Made by a program: the position numbers and the translations under genes. Under the pieces are notes generated by a model. The model saw only the letters and a list, made by a program, of their open reading frames with translations, made no database searches and had not been told where the DNA came from. A DNA stretch of 64,000 nucleotides from Octopus sinensis (lineage: Eukaryota), in the NCBI RefSeq assembly GCF_006345805.1, contig NC_042997.1, positions 27,032,001 to 27,096,000 on the forward strand, read 5' to 3'. This document shows, in pieces, positions 24,257 through 37,499 of this stretch; within the stretch, counting starts at the first letter, position 1; every line of letters begins with the position of its first letter.

Positions 24257-24640
24257 GGCAGCGAGCTGGCAGAAACGTTAGCACGCCGGGTGAAATGCGT
24301 AGCCGTATTTCATCAGCCGTTACGTTCTGAGTTCAAATTCAGCCGATGTCTACTTTGTCTTTCACCCTTATAAATTAAGTACCAGTTACGCACTGGAGGA
24401 CGATGTAATCGACTTAATCCGTTTGTCTGTCCTTGTTTGTCCTCTCTGTGTTAAGCCCCTTGTGGGGAAGAATAGAAATAGGTATTTCGACTGTCTTATG
24501 TTCTGAGTTCAAATTCCGCCGAGGTCAACTTTGCCTTTCATCCTTAAGGGGTCGATAAATTAAGTACCAGTACGTACTGGGGTTGATCTAATCGAGTGCC
24601 CCCTCCCCCAAAATGACGGACTTCGTGTTTAGACTAGAAA
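24257..24640 (+). mobile_element. SINE family M dimer
   Basis: Full unit, then GAAATAGG|TATTTCG junction at ~24482, then a second headless unit. Confidence 0.8.
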
Positions 24641-25277
24641 AGAATTAAACTTTCGTTCAGTCGATATAGAGCAAGTTTGGCGAAAACGAGACTACATAAT
24701 ATTAAATTATTTCCAATTTATAAATACTTAGATGTTCTTGAAAAACGTTATTTTGGTATACACTCGGATTTCTTACACATTGTGAAATCTTAAATTTTAA
24801 TCACATATTAAATGTAAGTGCAAAAGAATTTGTATGTACTGGACCTGTATGAATATATATTAAAGATAGAAAAGAAAGAGCAACTGTCTTATGATTATGT
24901 CTGTGAGTGAGGAACGTTTTATTGCTGTTGTAAACTCTACTTCATAATCCGAGCAAAGCCATAAAACATACAATGATTGACCAACATTACATTAGAAGAT
25001 TACATTTGATACTCAATACAAAGTATCGATTACAAAATCGATTTGCGTTATTTCTGTGTTTAGAGACTACAGGTTAAGGTGATCATATAAAATGTTTCAA
25101 ATGTGATCAAATATAATTTCATCAAATAAAATCGATTGCGGCAAAGACTCATCTCTCCAATTTCGAATTATACTTTTAAATGGATTATTTTAAAATGCTA
25201 TTTGATGTTTTATACATAGTCAACTTGATTTGTACCATTTTTTTAAACAGAAAATTCATTAGGGAATTCCCTGTTCC

Positions 25278-25278
<1 letters not shown>

Positions 25279-25320
<42 letters not shown>

Positions 25321-25321
25321 T

Positions 25322-25358
<37 letters not shown>

Positions 25359-25502
25359 ATTATATATATATATATTAAATATAATTATATATATAATTAT
25401 ATATATATTATATATAGATAGATATATAGATACATACATACACATATATATCTTTGTATGTATGAATCTATGGGTGTATGCTTGCGTGTGTATGTTTGTG
25501 TG

Positions 25503-25550
<48 letters not shown>

Positions 25551-25600
25551 TGTGTGTGTGTGGTGGTGTGTGTGTGTGTGGTGTGTGTGTGTGTGTGCCT
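25279..25600. repeat. Compound (CA)n/(TA)n/(TG)n microsatellite
   Basis: Direct reading; source of several spurious ORFs. Confidence 0.9.
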
Positions 25601-27096
25601 CTTGGCTTAGTGAAAGTGAGTATGTCATTGGAAATATTTTTACTATTAACTGAACAGAGATAATACAGGTTTTTCCTTCTGTAAATCTGTTAATTATGTA
25701 AGTGGAGGAAGTACAGTTTTGTGACGATAAAACGTACACTATGAATTATTCAAACTTTAGCATGCTCTGTTGAAAGCCGCATTTTTCAAAAATAAAAAAT
25801 GTTAAACGTAGCTTTTAAAATTATTTTTCCACTTAGAATTACAGTCACACTCAGAGCGCGAGCCAAACATTATGCTTTATAACTGAGATATCTTTTGAAT
25901 ATTTCAATACGTATTCGGTTTGGATGCATTTAATTTGACAATATATCTACCCCTTTAACATAAAACATACAGAAGTGGATATGTAATACTAATAAAATCG
26001 TCTCACGTGGTACTGTAAATCGGTTTGGAATAATTACATCTTGAATTGCCTTGTGTAGGAGAAATATTATCATATAGGTATAAACTATAGTGACCTATAT
26101 AACAGGGAGAATATAGCTATGTTAAATGAAAGGTTATGCACTGAACTGTAAACGATTGAAGTCACCTCAGAAGTGATTCTACATTTGATGAACATGTATA
26201 ACTCAGGGCTGCATAAACTAACTGGTTGCATATAGCTAACTGCAGTTTCTGACTGCCTGCATTTCACCAGCGGAACAAGTAATTATACGACAGAAGGTTG
26301 CTCATCGATGCACGTCGGTGAAGAGATGAGTTGGAGTATTCATGAGTTTGGTCAAAGCTACGAAAAACATTTCAGCGTGCTCTCATTTCAATCAGAATAT
26401 GAATACTGCAGTTTCAGAACTGTCTTGCTGAATCTGGAAAAAAAAAATCAGTGACAAGCTGTCTAAGTAAGTCATTTAAAGAAAAATTTAGTAATATCAT
26501 GTGGTAAATTGTATAGCAAGTCATGTCACGCCGCCTAATAAGGGAGCTGAAATATGTTTAATTACTTTAATTATTACATCTTATTTAAATGAACTGTAGC
26601 ACTTGTCTTGTGACTTTTTCCTAGAAATAATTGTAATTTTTTCTCTGGGACTTTTACATCTCTTTTTTCATTCCTAATCCCCCTCGTGACCATCTCAAGA
26701 GAAACTGAGCATCACCATATGTTGTGTCGCACGTTCGGATGCCTCTACTACTCTGCTCGACTCTCTGCTTCGCCGACTGCTACCTTTCTTTGACTCTAGA
26801 CTACTCCCTCTATATCTACGTATTGGGTTAGTCTACATCATCGTCTGGGGACGTTCACACAACACCATATTTATTACTTTTTACATTACTTTATTGATGA
26901 AGTATCCAATAATCGAATTTCCAAATGAACGGTAGTAAGTAGTGTGAGATATTACTACCGTTAATCTACTGATCCTATTTTGAGTTCTACTATGGTAGCA
27001 TTAAAAATTATAATTTTATAAATACTATCAGATTGCTGAAAACTGGCCATTTTGATTCGCTTGTGGTACATTCCTGTGAAATACAACTTATATATA

Positions 27097-27330
27097 TATT
27101 TCTTTACCACTTACAAGGGGCTAAACATAGAGGAGACAAACAAGGGCAGACAAAGGGATTAAGTCGTTTACATCGACCCCAGTGCGTAACTAGTACTTTA
27201 TTTATCGACCCCCGAAAGGATAAAAGGCAAAGTCGGCCTCGGCGGAATTTGAACTCAGAACGTAACGACAGACGAAATACGGCTATGCATTTCGCCCGGC
27301 GTGCTAACGTTTCTGCCAGCTCGCCGCCTT
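27097..27330 (-). mobile_element. SINE family M, full copy
   Basis: Head to tail present; imperfect TSD aatac(a/g)actta(t/c)atata. Confidence 0.8.
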
Positions 27331-27687
27331 CAATACGACTTACATATACTAGATCTTCATACATGTGTTAACAGCAGCTGAAGTTCACAAAGCAAAAATA
27401 TTTATTTTCTGTTCATAATCTGATGCAGACATTGCAAATACAAGTTATCATTACTTGCAGCCAATTTTCAGATTAAGATTATTGACTGAAATTTGCTTTT
27501 GTTTCGCTAAGACATTTAGAATAATATAAAGTAAGTAGTCGCCAGCAGATTTGTATTTCCATCTTATTGTTACAGTTGATGTTATTGCTTTACTAGAGTG
27601 TGAGGGAGATTGTGGCTTACGACTGTAACATATCAAATGCAAAACATACCCGTCAACGATGAAATGGTTATATATTAGGTGCTAAAA

Positions 27688-27917
27688 TGCGGCGAGCTGG
27701 CAGAAACATTAACGCGCCGGGCGAAATGCTTAGCGGTATTTCGTCTGTCGTTACGTTGTGAGTTCAAATTCCGCCGAGGTCGACTTTGCCTTTCATCCTT
27801 TCGGGGTCGATGAATTAAGTACCAGTTACCCACTGGGGTCGATATAATCGACTTAATCCCTTTGTCTGTCCTTGTTTGTCCCCTCTATGTTTAGCCCCTT
27901 GTGGGTAGTAAAGAAAT
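27688..27917 (+). mobile_element. SINE family M, full copy with ~17-bp TSD
   Basis: tatatattaggtgctaa on both sides. Confidence 0.85.
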
Positions 27918-28714
27918 ATATATATTAGGTGCTAATTTTAAACATAATTACCGTCTGCTTGTGTTACATAAACTAACTGAAAGGGGATGGATGGCAGTTA
28001 TATCTGATAGATATTACTTCATTTTTTTTAATTTGGACAATAGTTTCTGTTTTAGGAAGTTTCAAACTGTATCATGTCGAAATACATCTTTTAGGACCAC
28101 GTATCTGTTGAAATATTTCAATCAATTTAGTCACTGAAACAGAATTAAACGAATAGTTTAAGTTATTGATTTTACAAAATTTTATGTAAATTTTAAATGT
28201 ACGGAAAAACTCTAGCTTTATGCGAGGGGCAAAACCGATGTTATAATGTAATGAAAGCAATAATCTGAGTAAGGTTTCCTGCTTGGTAGGCGGAATCGCA
28301 ACCTAAAGGGTCCGATCTTCCAGCGTTTTCTTCATGATCGTCCATCTTCTTCCATCTAAGCATGTAAATTTTCTTACACTCAAATACGCATATATATGTT
28401 TGTATGTTTATCTGTGCTTTTTATATAGGTATGAACGTTTATCTGTCTGTCTGTCTGTATGTATGTATGTATGTATGTATGTATGTATGTATGTATGTAT
28501 GTGCGAACGTGTGTGTATATATAGGGAGAACAGGCATGCGAATAACGTCGTCAAGGATCCGACCCCTTTAAAAAGTAGCCTGAGCAAGTGTCATCTATAT
28601 TAATTACAGTTTCACCAATGGTTTCTTGCTTGATTTTCGTCGACCGAAATTATCCATCGTGTGTGTATTTATAGACATGCGCGAACTCGTGTGTGCGTGT
28701 GTGTGTGTGTGTGT

Positions 28715-28754
<40 letters not shown>

Positions 28755-29768
28755 ATGATCGTAGATTTCTATCCTTCAGCGATAAGGATTAAATTGTCCG
28801 TCCAGTCTGGAACCGAAATACGTAGCCCAACCATCAGCATCTTTACTATTACTTCCTCGATACATTTTACATTTTTTTGTATTTGTAATGACTCGAAGCA
28901 CTTTGGTTTTTCAAAAAACATTTTGATTATTTAACTCCTAGGTATTTTTGCATCAATTCTTAATTTCAAATTTTTTACTATAATTTTCTATAGTTTGTTT
29001 GCAATACCTTCTTACAAATCATTTATTCAATTTAATTTTCGTTGGAATCATTAACTTACGTGACTTCAACAAGAATTATGCAAATTCCAAAGAAACATAC
29101 AATGCCATTTATTTGATGACATTTTAACTGTGACGTTGATTACAACTGTTAATTCTAAGATTTATTGATTCTGAGAAAACTTATTTCATTAATATCATTC
29201 GTTGTCAAGCAATAGCAATCAAAAACGATCTTTATAGTATTTTTGTTAAAAAATCTATTATAATTGATTAACCACTAAGAAGTTATTGATATATATTCTT
29301 AGAGTGGTGACATTTATACATAAACTTCTGATCAGTTAATGTATATTTATCTAGCTCATTAACTAAATCTTTCACAATTAAAATAATTGATGATACGCAG
29401 ACAGCAAAATAAGTGTGTTTGCATGATAGTGGGGGTTGGGAATTAAATTACTCACATTGCATTATTCAAAAAGTGCCACAAAAGCAGTAACACTTGAATG
29501 CCGAAAGATTTTTTAAAAGCTTTTCTAATGTCTGACGTTAGAAATCTTTTTGGAAACCAACTGACTTTTACCTCATATTTCGAAAATATAAGATCCTGAT
29601 TTTATTTGTCATTTCAAAAGTATTCATTAGATCAATACTAAAATATTCCATATAATGACTCTCATCTGTTAAGTGACAGGGACTTTCGAAACTACCACAT
29701 TTAGTGCGGGTGTTATGTAATGTATCCTATTACGGACGAAAAGCAAGGTATGTGTCTAGGAAGTTAAA

Positions 29769-29801
<33 letters not shown>

Positions 29802-29844
29802 GTGAGAGAGAGAGATAGATAGATAAATAGATAGATATAGATAA

Positions 29845-29941
<97 letters not shown>

Positions 29942-30654
29942 AGAATTTACGAAAACAACAAAAGACGAAGAGAGGTGGTGTAGAAAACAAACAGATGTAC
30001 TAGTATAACGCTCGGGAATTGAAAAAGTCTTTTACGTTTCTAGCCTACGCTCTTCCACAGAAAGAAACGAGGCGAGAAAAAATGTGTGTAGTGGCTACCA
30101 ATCTATATATGTATACATACATATATATGTATGTGTGTGCGGGGGGTGTTTGTGTGTGTGTGGGGTGTTTGTGTGTGTGTGTGTGTATGTGTGTGTTATG
30201 TATGTATGTATGTATGTGTATACTACAACATAAGTGTAAATAACTCACACTGTTGGAAATGAAGCATTGTTCAGTGCATTATGTAAAGCTTGGAGGAAGA
30301 GAAATAGAGGGGTGGGAGGTGAGTCAATTTATTCAGACATGCTCTAAGGAGAAAAAAGCAGCATATGTAGTTTTCTAGAATACTACTACAAATCAAAGAC
30401 TGGTGTGCTTTGCTCTAAATAACAGACCAACTCATCTATAAAATTCCACAAACGTCACACGTTAAGAGTCAGGCAATATGTCACATACTAACTCATTATA
30501 TAGAAGGCAACCAAACTTCTCTGAAATCACACTCCACCACCTTAGCAGACAAAACACACACTATACAATATAAACGAAGATACCCAATACATGAAAAGAG
30601 AGAATGTGTGGTATGTTTCATCAAAGCTGACCTAGAGTTAAACAAAAAAAAAAG

Positions 30655-30815
30655 AACATTATTTTCATTATTTACATTATTTACATTCGACGGATATTTG
30701 TCCTCATCTTGTTTGTTGTTAACACAACGTTTCGGCTGATATACCATCCAGCCTTCTTCAGGTGTCTTGGGGAAATTTCCAACCTGGGTTCTCATTCCTA
30801 AGATATTTTTCGATA

Positions 30816-30857
<42 letters not shown>

Positions 30858-31077
30858 GTGTTCAGGTCACTACTTGTAATCGTACTCGGAATCTTGGTGT
30901 TAGTAGCCGGCGCTCTTAACTACTACGCCATATGCGCGTGGGCTGAAGAAGGCTGGAGAGTATATCAGCCGAAACGTTGTGTTAACAACAAACAAGATGA
31001 CAAATATCCATCGAATGTAAATAATGTAAATAATGAAAATAATGTATATAATTTCTCATCTCTTAAATATAGAACTG
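30655..31077. mobile_element. Composite repeat: tRNA-like head, (AAT)n and Penelope-type hammerhead tail on -, plus an inverted partial tail on +
   Basis: - strand GCATATGGCGTAG...GAGTACGATT head (30935-30861), (AAT)n, hammerhead, GTAAATAAT tail; + arm starts at CTGAAGA 30943; same architecture at 37225-37684. Confidence 0.75.
30721..30766 (-). ncRNA. Minimal type I hammerhead ribozyme motif
   Basis: GACAC CUGAAGA A GGCUG-loop-CAGCC GAA ACGU U GUGUU: stem I GACAC/GUGUU, stem II 5 bp, palindromic ACGU stem III, predicted GUU cleavage triplet. Confidence 0.7.
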
Positions 31078-31241
31078 AAGAAAAAAATTTATAAATAACA
31101 GTGGACCTAAGCAACTTGTTTTCGAAATGCAGAGGTTTTAACATTCATATAAATAGTGACACTATGATTTTTAAAAAATATAATCTATGTCCCTTTTTAT
31201 TACACTCTTTCAATATTGTTGTTTTATTTGACAAATTTCAG

Positions 31242-31477
31242 GTTATGGTCATATTGCGCCCAAAACAGCCTATGGCCGCATCGTAACGATATTCTATGCG
31301 CTTGTTGGCATTCCTTTAACACTGCTCTGTCTAGCCAACCTTGGCTCAGTATTTGGCACTGGTTTTCGGTGCTTCTACAAACATGCCTGTCGCTTCTTGT
31401 GCTATCTCTGCTTCAAGAGTGATTCACCACAACCTAGGAAACCCATCCGTTATCGTCCAAACAATAGAACAAATTCG
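31242..31477 (+). CDS. Internal exon of a two-pore-domain (K2P/TWiK-family) potassium channel: P1 GYG and M2
   Basis: Acceptor tttcag|G at 31241; reads (G)[78 protein letters not shown]; phase-0 donor gtaag at 31478. Confidence 0.92.
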
Positions 31478-32109
31478 GTAAGAGTTTACCTTCTTAATAA
31501 TCGAAAATAATTTCTTTTCTGACATATAAATGATTCTTTTACAGGTGGTAATGTGGGATATAAATTCCAATTTATTTCCTTGACTTCCTTTCACTAAGCA
31601 GAAAATTGTCATAATCACATTTGCAACAAAACCTGGATTAATTTGAAATTTCGCATTTAATATAGTGTTATAAATATCGCATTTTACGATTTCCGACACA
31701 GTAGCTATAGAGGGACACTACCAAGCTTTCAGCTGGTTGGATTGGCTCCTCTTTTAGTTAGATGTGCTCAAAATGTATATAAGAGGATAATTTTCATTGA
31801 TTCCAGTCCAGGTTTCAACCCTGTTTCAAACTCCAAGAAGGTCAAATTACAAAAAGGCATCTACATTTTTTAAAGTAGTCGACAGCGGTCTTTCTTACTT
31901 GTCTCTCAGTCTGACAACTATCGCCAAATCTCTTTTTAACTGCAGAAATCTATTAATATGTTTACACATCTTCACACACACAAACACACACACACGCACA
32001 CACACACACAACACACCACACACACACTCACAAACACACACTCACATGCACACACACACACACTACACACACACATGTATTTTATCTTCCATCTTTTGCC
32101 TATTTCTTA

Positions 32110-32490
32110 TTCAAAATATTAGTAGTCTACAGCCATATTGGGACACCGTCTTGAAGAATTTTGGTGCAGTGCATCGCCAACAATACTCATTTTCTTAAGA
32201 CTATCACTTATTCTATCAATCCCTTTTGTCGAACCGCAATGTGACGAGAACATAAACATACCAACACCGGTTATCAAGTGATGGTGGAAGGACAGAAACA
32301 CAAACACACACACATTTACACACACACACAGACACACACACGCACATTTACACACACACACACGCATACGAAGGTCTTCTTTCGGTTTCCTTCTACCAAA
32401 TACACTCACAAGGCCCAACGTTATAGTATTGCCCAAGGTGACATGCAGTGGGACTGAACCTGATACTCTGTGCTTGAGACGCAAGCTTTG
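32110..32490 (-). mobile_element. SINE family K (intronic)
   Basis: Matches other K copies. Confidence 0.75.
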
Positions 32491-32789
32491 ATGTTATATT
32501 TTAAGTTTTGCTTGTATAACACATTCAGAGTCACTAATCTACTTATAAAATGATATGCATTTCAATATTACCTTACTTCATGCATGGAGAATTAAAAATC
32601 ATATTATTATCAGTACATGTTTGGCGTTGTCTCTAGTATTTGTCGTAAAATAAGAAAAAGCAAATCACTAATATATTGATGATATCAAATTATCAATGTG
32701 TCGTATTTCAAAGAGGTTATTTTAAATGCTTTGCTATCAAAATCAGTTCATCATAAGTTAACCTTTCCATCGTTGCTACCAAATTTGTT

Positions 32790-33090
32790 GTTTGTTCCGT
32801 CACAAGCCATGTCTGGCTCATAAGTGCCGGTTTCCCGGTTTCCTTGGCGTATTGGTTCCCCACCTGGACGGGACGCCGGTCGGTCGCAGGTGAGCTGCAA
32901 AATGCAGGAGGAAAGAGTGAGAGAAATTTGTGGCGAAAGAGTCAGCAGAATTCGCCATTACCTTCTGTCAGAGCCGCATGGAGCTTAGGTGTTTCGCTCA
33001 TAAACACACACATCGCCTGGTCTGAGATTTGAACCTGCGATCCCTCGACCGCGAGTCAGCTGCTCTAACCACTAGGCCATGTGCCTCCAC
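32790..33090 (-). mobile_element. SINE family V with shared body and V-domain-like tail (intronic)
   Basis: GTGGAGGCAC head, GAGCGAAACACCTAAGCTCC body, CTGCGACCGACCGGCGTCCCGTCCAG. Confidence 0.75.
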
Positions 33091-33809
33091 TACTACCAAA
33101 TACTATACATAATACAACATCGTAGCTATGTTCCATCACAAAATCCGCTGCTTTAATTTTCATACATGAAGCTTTACTAACTGTTTACACTATTATATTA
33201 CTGGATTAAACAACGAATTTTAAATATATATTCAGGTAGTCCTTAATAAGTTTTAATATATAGTGTAAGAGGTGCACAAATGTAAAGAAATGGCTGTTAT
33301 TGACTCTTCTTCAGACTGTAAAAGAGAGATTAATTTGACTGGTTTCAAACCTAACTGATCATCAAATGTTCCACACTCAACCCTTATTCCCACAGTAATA
33401 TAGTTTCATGGCTATTTATAGCTACTACTTATAATGATTTTAATCATGTATAAATAATGATTAGCTGGCGTCTGATTCAATAGATTAATGATGTGGCTGG
33501 ATGGAGTGAGTCTCGGGTGAAAAAAGTATTTGTTGAACAGAAATATTATTGTTATTGCAAATTGGACCAAACTACAACAGGGATTGGAATACTATGCTAG
33601 TAGTCATTATATTAAAAAGACATAAGACTTGCCAATCCGTTTAATGGTCACTGAGGAGAAAATCGGAAAGAAGGTGCTTCGGATTTTCACGATGAAGATG
33701 TGTTGGAACGGCCACTCCGAGTCACGAAGCTCGCCCCGATAGTAGTGAGCAGAGATGTAGACTGAGGGCCAAGAAAGCTGGAGGTCTCCACTTCCACATT
33801 GTTATTTGT

Positions 33810-34116
33810 TTTTTGTTCCTTCTCAAGCCATCCCTGGCCCATAAGGCCGGTTTCCCGGTTTCTTTGGCGTATAGGTTCCCCACCTGTTTGGGACGCTGTT
33901 CGTCGCAGGTGAGCTGCAAGATGCAGGAGGAAAGAGTGAGAGAAAGTTGTGGCGAAAGAGTCAGCAGAAGTTCGTCATTACCTTCTGTCTGAGCTGCGTG
34001 GAGCTCAAAAACACACACATCGCTCAAAAACACACACATCGCCCAGTCTGAGATTCGAATCCGTGATCCATCGACCGCAAATCCGCTGCTCTAACTACTA
34101 GACCATGTGCCTCCAC
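33810..34116 (-). mobile_element. SINE family V, same subtype as 32790-33090
   Basis: Near-colinear with the previous copy. Confidence 0.75.
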
Positions 34117-35184
34117 CCCACTGCCACATAGTCGACCACAAATGTATCGGAGTGCGGCAGGTACTTTGACAATTTGTTGAATTGACGAGCAGCGAAGACT
34201 GGACTGATCGCCTCAAGCAGTAATTACGAATAATAACAAATTTTATTAAGGTAAACGTAAGTCTAAGGAACTTTGTATTTTAATAATCTGAAAATAAGCT
34301 GAGATGGTCTTCATCTTAATTGGTGAATTTATTTATTCGAAGATCTTCTCATTTGGAGCTTACCTAAGCAAAACAATCAGCAATTTATATATTCATTGGA
34401 GTTAAAGTTGAAGTCAATGTTGTCTAAATTTGAATGAACCATGTACAATAATAAAAGGAAACAAATTCAGTACTTAATCTAGTGTCGTAACAACTCAACT
34501 GTATTCCAGTTCTCTTCAAATTGAACGGAAGTTATTATTGTTAAATATCAGAATTATTAATTATAGAAAGGAAACTGAGTGCTGATGTTAAACTGTCTTT
34601 TATTCACGTGAACGTTTACGAAACCTAAAATACTATGCTGGAGAATATTACCAAATTTACCTTTGATCGCTTTTCATTTAGAGAAAATATTTACCAATAT
34701 AGAGAGAAAATTAGTTCACAAGTTTAGTAAAAATTAATTTTACTTCACTTCATTTAGAGAACTAATCATTTTGCAAAGTATTTTTAAGTCTTTATGTGTT
34801 GTTTTTTAATGTAGTTACTATTGCTGTCGTAATTCTTGCTCTTGTTGTGCAGTCCCAAATCACCCTAAATTCTGTGAACTTATGATCATATGGGTTTCAG
34901 ATTTGACCATCATCAGATTTGGTACATATGGTTCAATTTTCAAATATAGCATTTCTATGCTCAAAAGAATGAATTAATGAGGTGAGATTAAAGTCCTGTA
35001 TTTAGTGGACCGAGAGACCAGGTATGATTCAGAAATGCCGATATGTGACAACATATTTGTCAGTAGCTTTGTTTCCATCCAAAGACGTTAAAATTAACAT
35101 AAGTAATACACAAGCTAGAATTATTTTCCCGTATACATTGAAATTATAAACCTACTATTTCTTTTTGTTTATTTTCTTTTTCAG

Positions 35185-35622
35185 GAAGAAGTCCAGGAAC
35201 CCTTACGTGGAGACCAAGGTGATATAATCGCACAAGATTCTGATAACGGTGACTATGACGATAGAAATATCAACCAAAAAGCCAAAGAGGGAACACGAGT
35301 ACCAATACTCGTTAGCATTATGCTAATAGCTATTTACATATTCGGAGGAGCGATGCTATTTACTCTCTGGGAGCAAGACTGGGATTATTTAATTGGATCC
35401 TACTTTTGTTTTATTACATTAAGTACCATCGGATTTGGGGACTTTGTTCCTGGAACTAGCCATGATTCGTGGAAAAATCAAGAAAAACTTATACTCTGTG
35501 CGTTGTACCTAGTTTTCGGACTGGCGTTAATAGCTATGTGTTTTGACCTAATGCAAGAGGAAGTAAAAGCGAAATGCTTATGGCTTGGACAGAGGCTAGG
35601 CATTCTCGATGCAGAAAATTGA
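35185..35622 (+). CDS. Terminal exon of the K2P potassium channel: M3, P2 (STIGFGD), M4, stop
   Basis: Polypyrimidine tract and tcag| at 35184; phase 0, EEVQEPLRGD...VPILVSIMLIAIYIFGGAMLFTLWEQDWDYLIGSYFCFITLSTIGFGDFVPG...LYLVFGLALIAMCFDLMQEEV...DAEN*; in frame with the previous exon. Confidence 0.95.
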   Translation, partial: EEVQEPLRGDQGDIIAQDSDNGDYDDRNINQKAKEGTRVPILVSIMLIAIYIFGGAMLFTLWEQDWDYLIGSYFCFITLSTIGFGDFVPGTSHDSWKNQEKLILCALYLVFGLALIAMCFDLMQEEVKAKCLWLGQRLGILDAEN

Positions 35623-36139
35623 AGAACTGTTATTTTTTTTCTGTTATGTTTCTGTTTTGTTATACTTTCTCTTCGAGGAAGTTAAATCATATATACGTCA
35701 CTAGGAACGATATTAAAATACGGAGGAACGATCAACACAGTTATATATAAGCCTCTTTCAATATAAATATATATATCTCTGTCACACTCTTATCGTTTGT
35801 CTATCCTCCTTCATTTGGCATCTCGATCACTTTCTATATTACGGTAGCTAACTTCTCTTTTTTCTTCTATGTTTGATCTGTTTCTCCTCCTCTCTTTCTC
35901 TCTGTTTCTGTCTCTGTCTCTCGCCCTCTACCTCATACTTTCAAATTCACAGTTTATATATCTTATAACCCACAATCTCTCTATCTCCTCCTACTCCTAC
36001 AGTCACATACATACAATTATGCAGCCATACATACCTACATACATACATATACATACATATGCTTGTGTATGCTTGTGCGCGCGCATGTGTATGAATAAAT
36101 ATATGTAGGTATGCATGTATATTTACAAATAAATAAATA

Positions 36140-36255
36140 TATCATATATATATATATATATGTACATATTTCTATCTCTACCCTCTATATTTCTCATTTC
36201 TCTCTCTCACTCTCTCTCTATGTTTATAACATATAATATATGTATATAATATGTA

Positions 36256-36294
<39 letters not shown>

Positions 36295-36295
36295 C

Positions 36296-36375
<80 letters not shown>

Positions 36376-36425
36376 AGTATATATATATATATACATATAT
36401 ATATTATATATATATATATATATAT
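36140..36425. repeat. (TA)n-rich microsatellite downstream of the K2P stop
   Basis: Direct reading. Confidence 0.9.
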
Positions 36426-37029
36426 ATCCACTGTTGTATGTTGACGTTAAATAAATTGTTTCAAAATAATGCAGATGTAGTTATCTTCACTTACTCGAAA
36501 TTCTCCACTTAAACGTTGCCAGTCTTTATCTTACGTCAAGACGAAGAGAAGAAGCAGATTCGCAGATTTAATGGTTGTATATGGGGTTTTTTTTGTTAAA
36601 AATTTTGATACAGCAATACAGTGCAGTTTTACCTTTTTTATAAATTTGTCTGTCAAAATACCTCAGTTTAATATCTATTTATAGAAGGACTGAGGAAGGT
36701 TATTGATATCTGTCTAGTTCTCATCATAAAGTTTCATCGGAATTTAACTTGCACTCCTGAAGAATATTAAAACTATTTGTTATAAGTCTTTTCTTTAGTT
36801 TTACTGCATGATTAAATTACATAACCAAGCATATTTCTGTGAGCCTGAGTACGTGCTGTGGGATGCCTTGAATTTTGCTATTTTGTGTCTATTCCAAGCA
36901 TATTTTGCAATATATTTGCTATTTGTACGCTAATATCTATGCTAATTTATATGCTAATATGCATGCAATATTGATGCTAATTTGTGCTATATTGTGTTCA
37001 TTGTTGAAAGAAGCCCGTCCTATATATAT

Positions 37030-37187
37030 GTATGTATTCAAATTCCGCCGAGTTTGACTTTTCCTTTCATCCTTTCGGGGTCGATAAATAAAGTACCAGT
37101 TTCGCACTGGGGTCGATGTAATCGACTTAATCCCTTTGTCCTTGTTTGTCCCCTCTGTGTCTAGCCCCTTGTGGGTAATAAAGAAAC
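37030..37187 (+). mobile_element. SINE family M, headless
   Basis: attcaaattccgccgag...ccccttgtgggtaataaagaaac. Confidence 0.75.
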
Positions 37188-37224
37188 ATATATATGTATG
37201 TATGTATGAATGTATGTATTTGCG

Positions 37225-37439
37225 TACATTATTCACGTTATTTACATTTGAAGAATATTTGTCATCATCTTGTTAGTTGTTAACACAACGTTTTGGCTGA
37301 TATACCTTCCAGCCTTCATAAGGTGTCTTGAAGAAATTTTGAACCTGGCTTCTCATTCCTAAGATATTTTTTGATGTTATTGTTATTATTATTATTATTG
37401 CTGTTGTTTTTGTTGTTGTTGTTGTTGTTGTTGTTTTTG

Positions 37440-37499
<60 letters not shown>

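Noticed and set aside
26270-26455. Open frame GTSNYTTEG...EEMSWSIHEF considered as the missing K2P P1 exon
   Set aside because: No TTIG ending and no suitable donor; not K2P-like.
30861-30935. tRNA gene
   Set aside because: Only tRNA-like; acceptor stem and B box are degenerate and it is part of a repeated composite. SINE heads elsewhere were rejected for the same reason.
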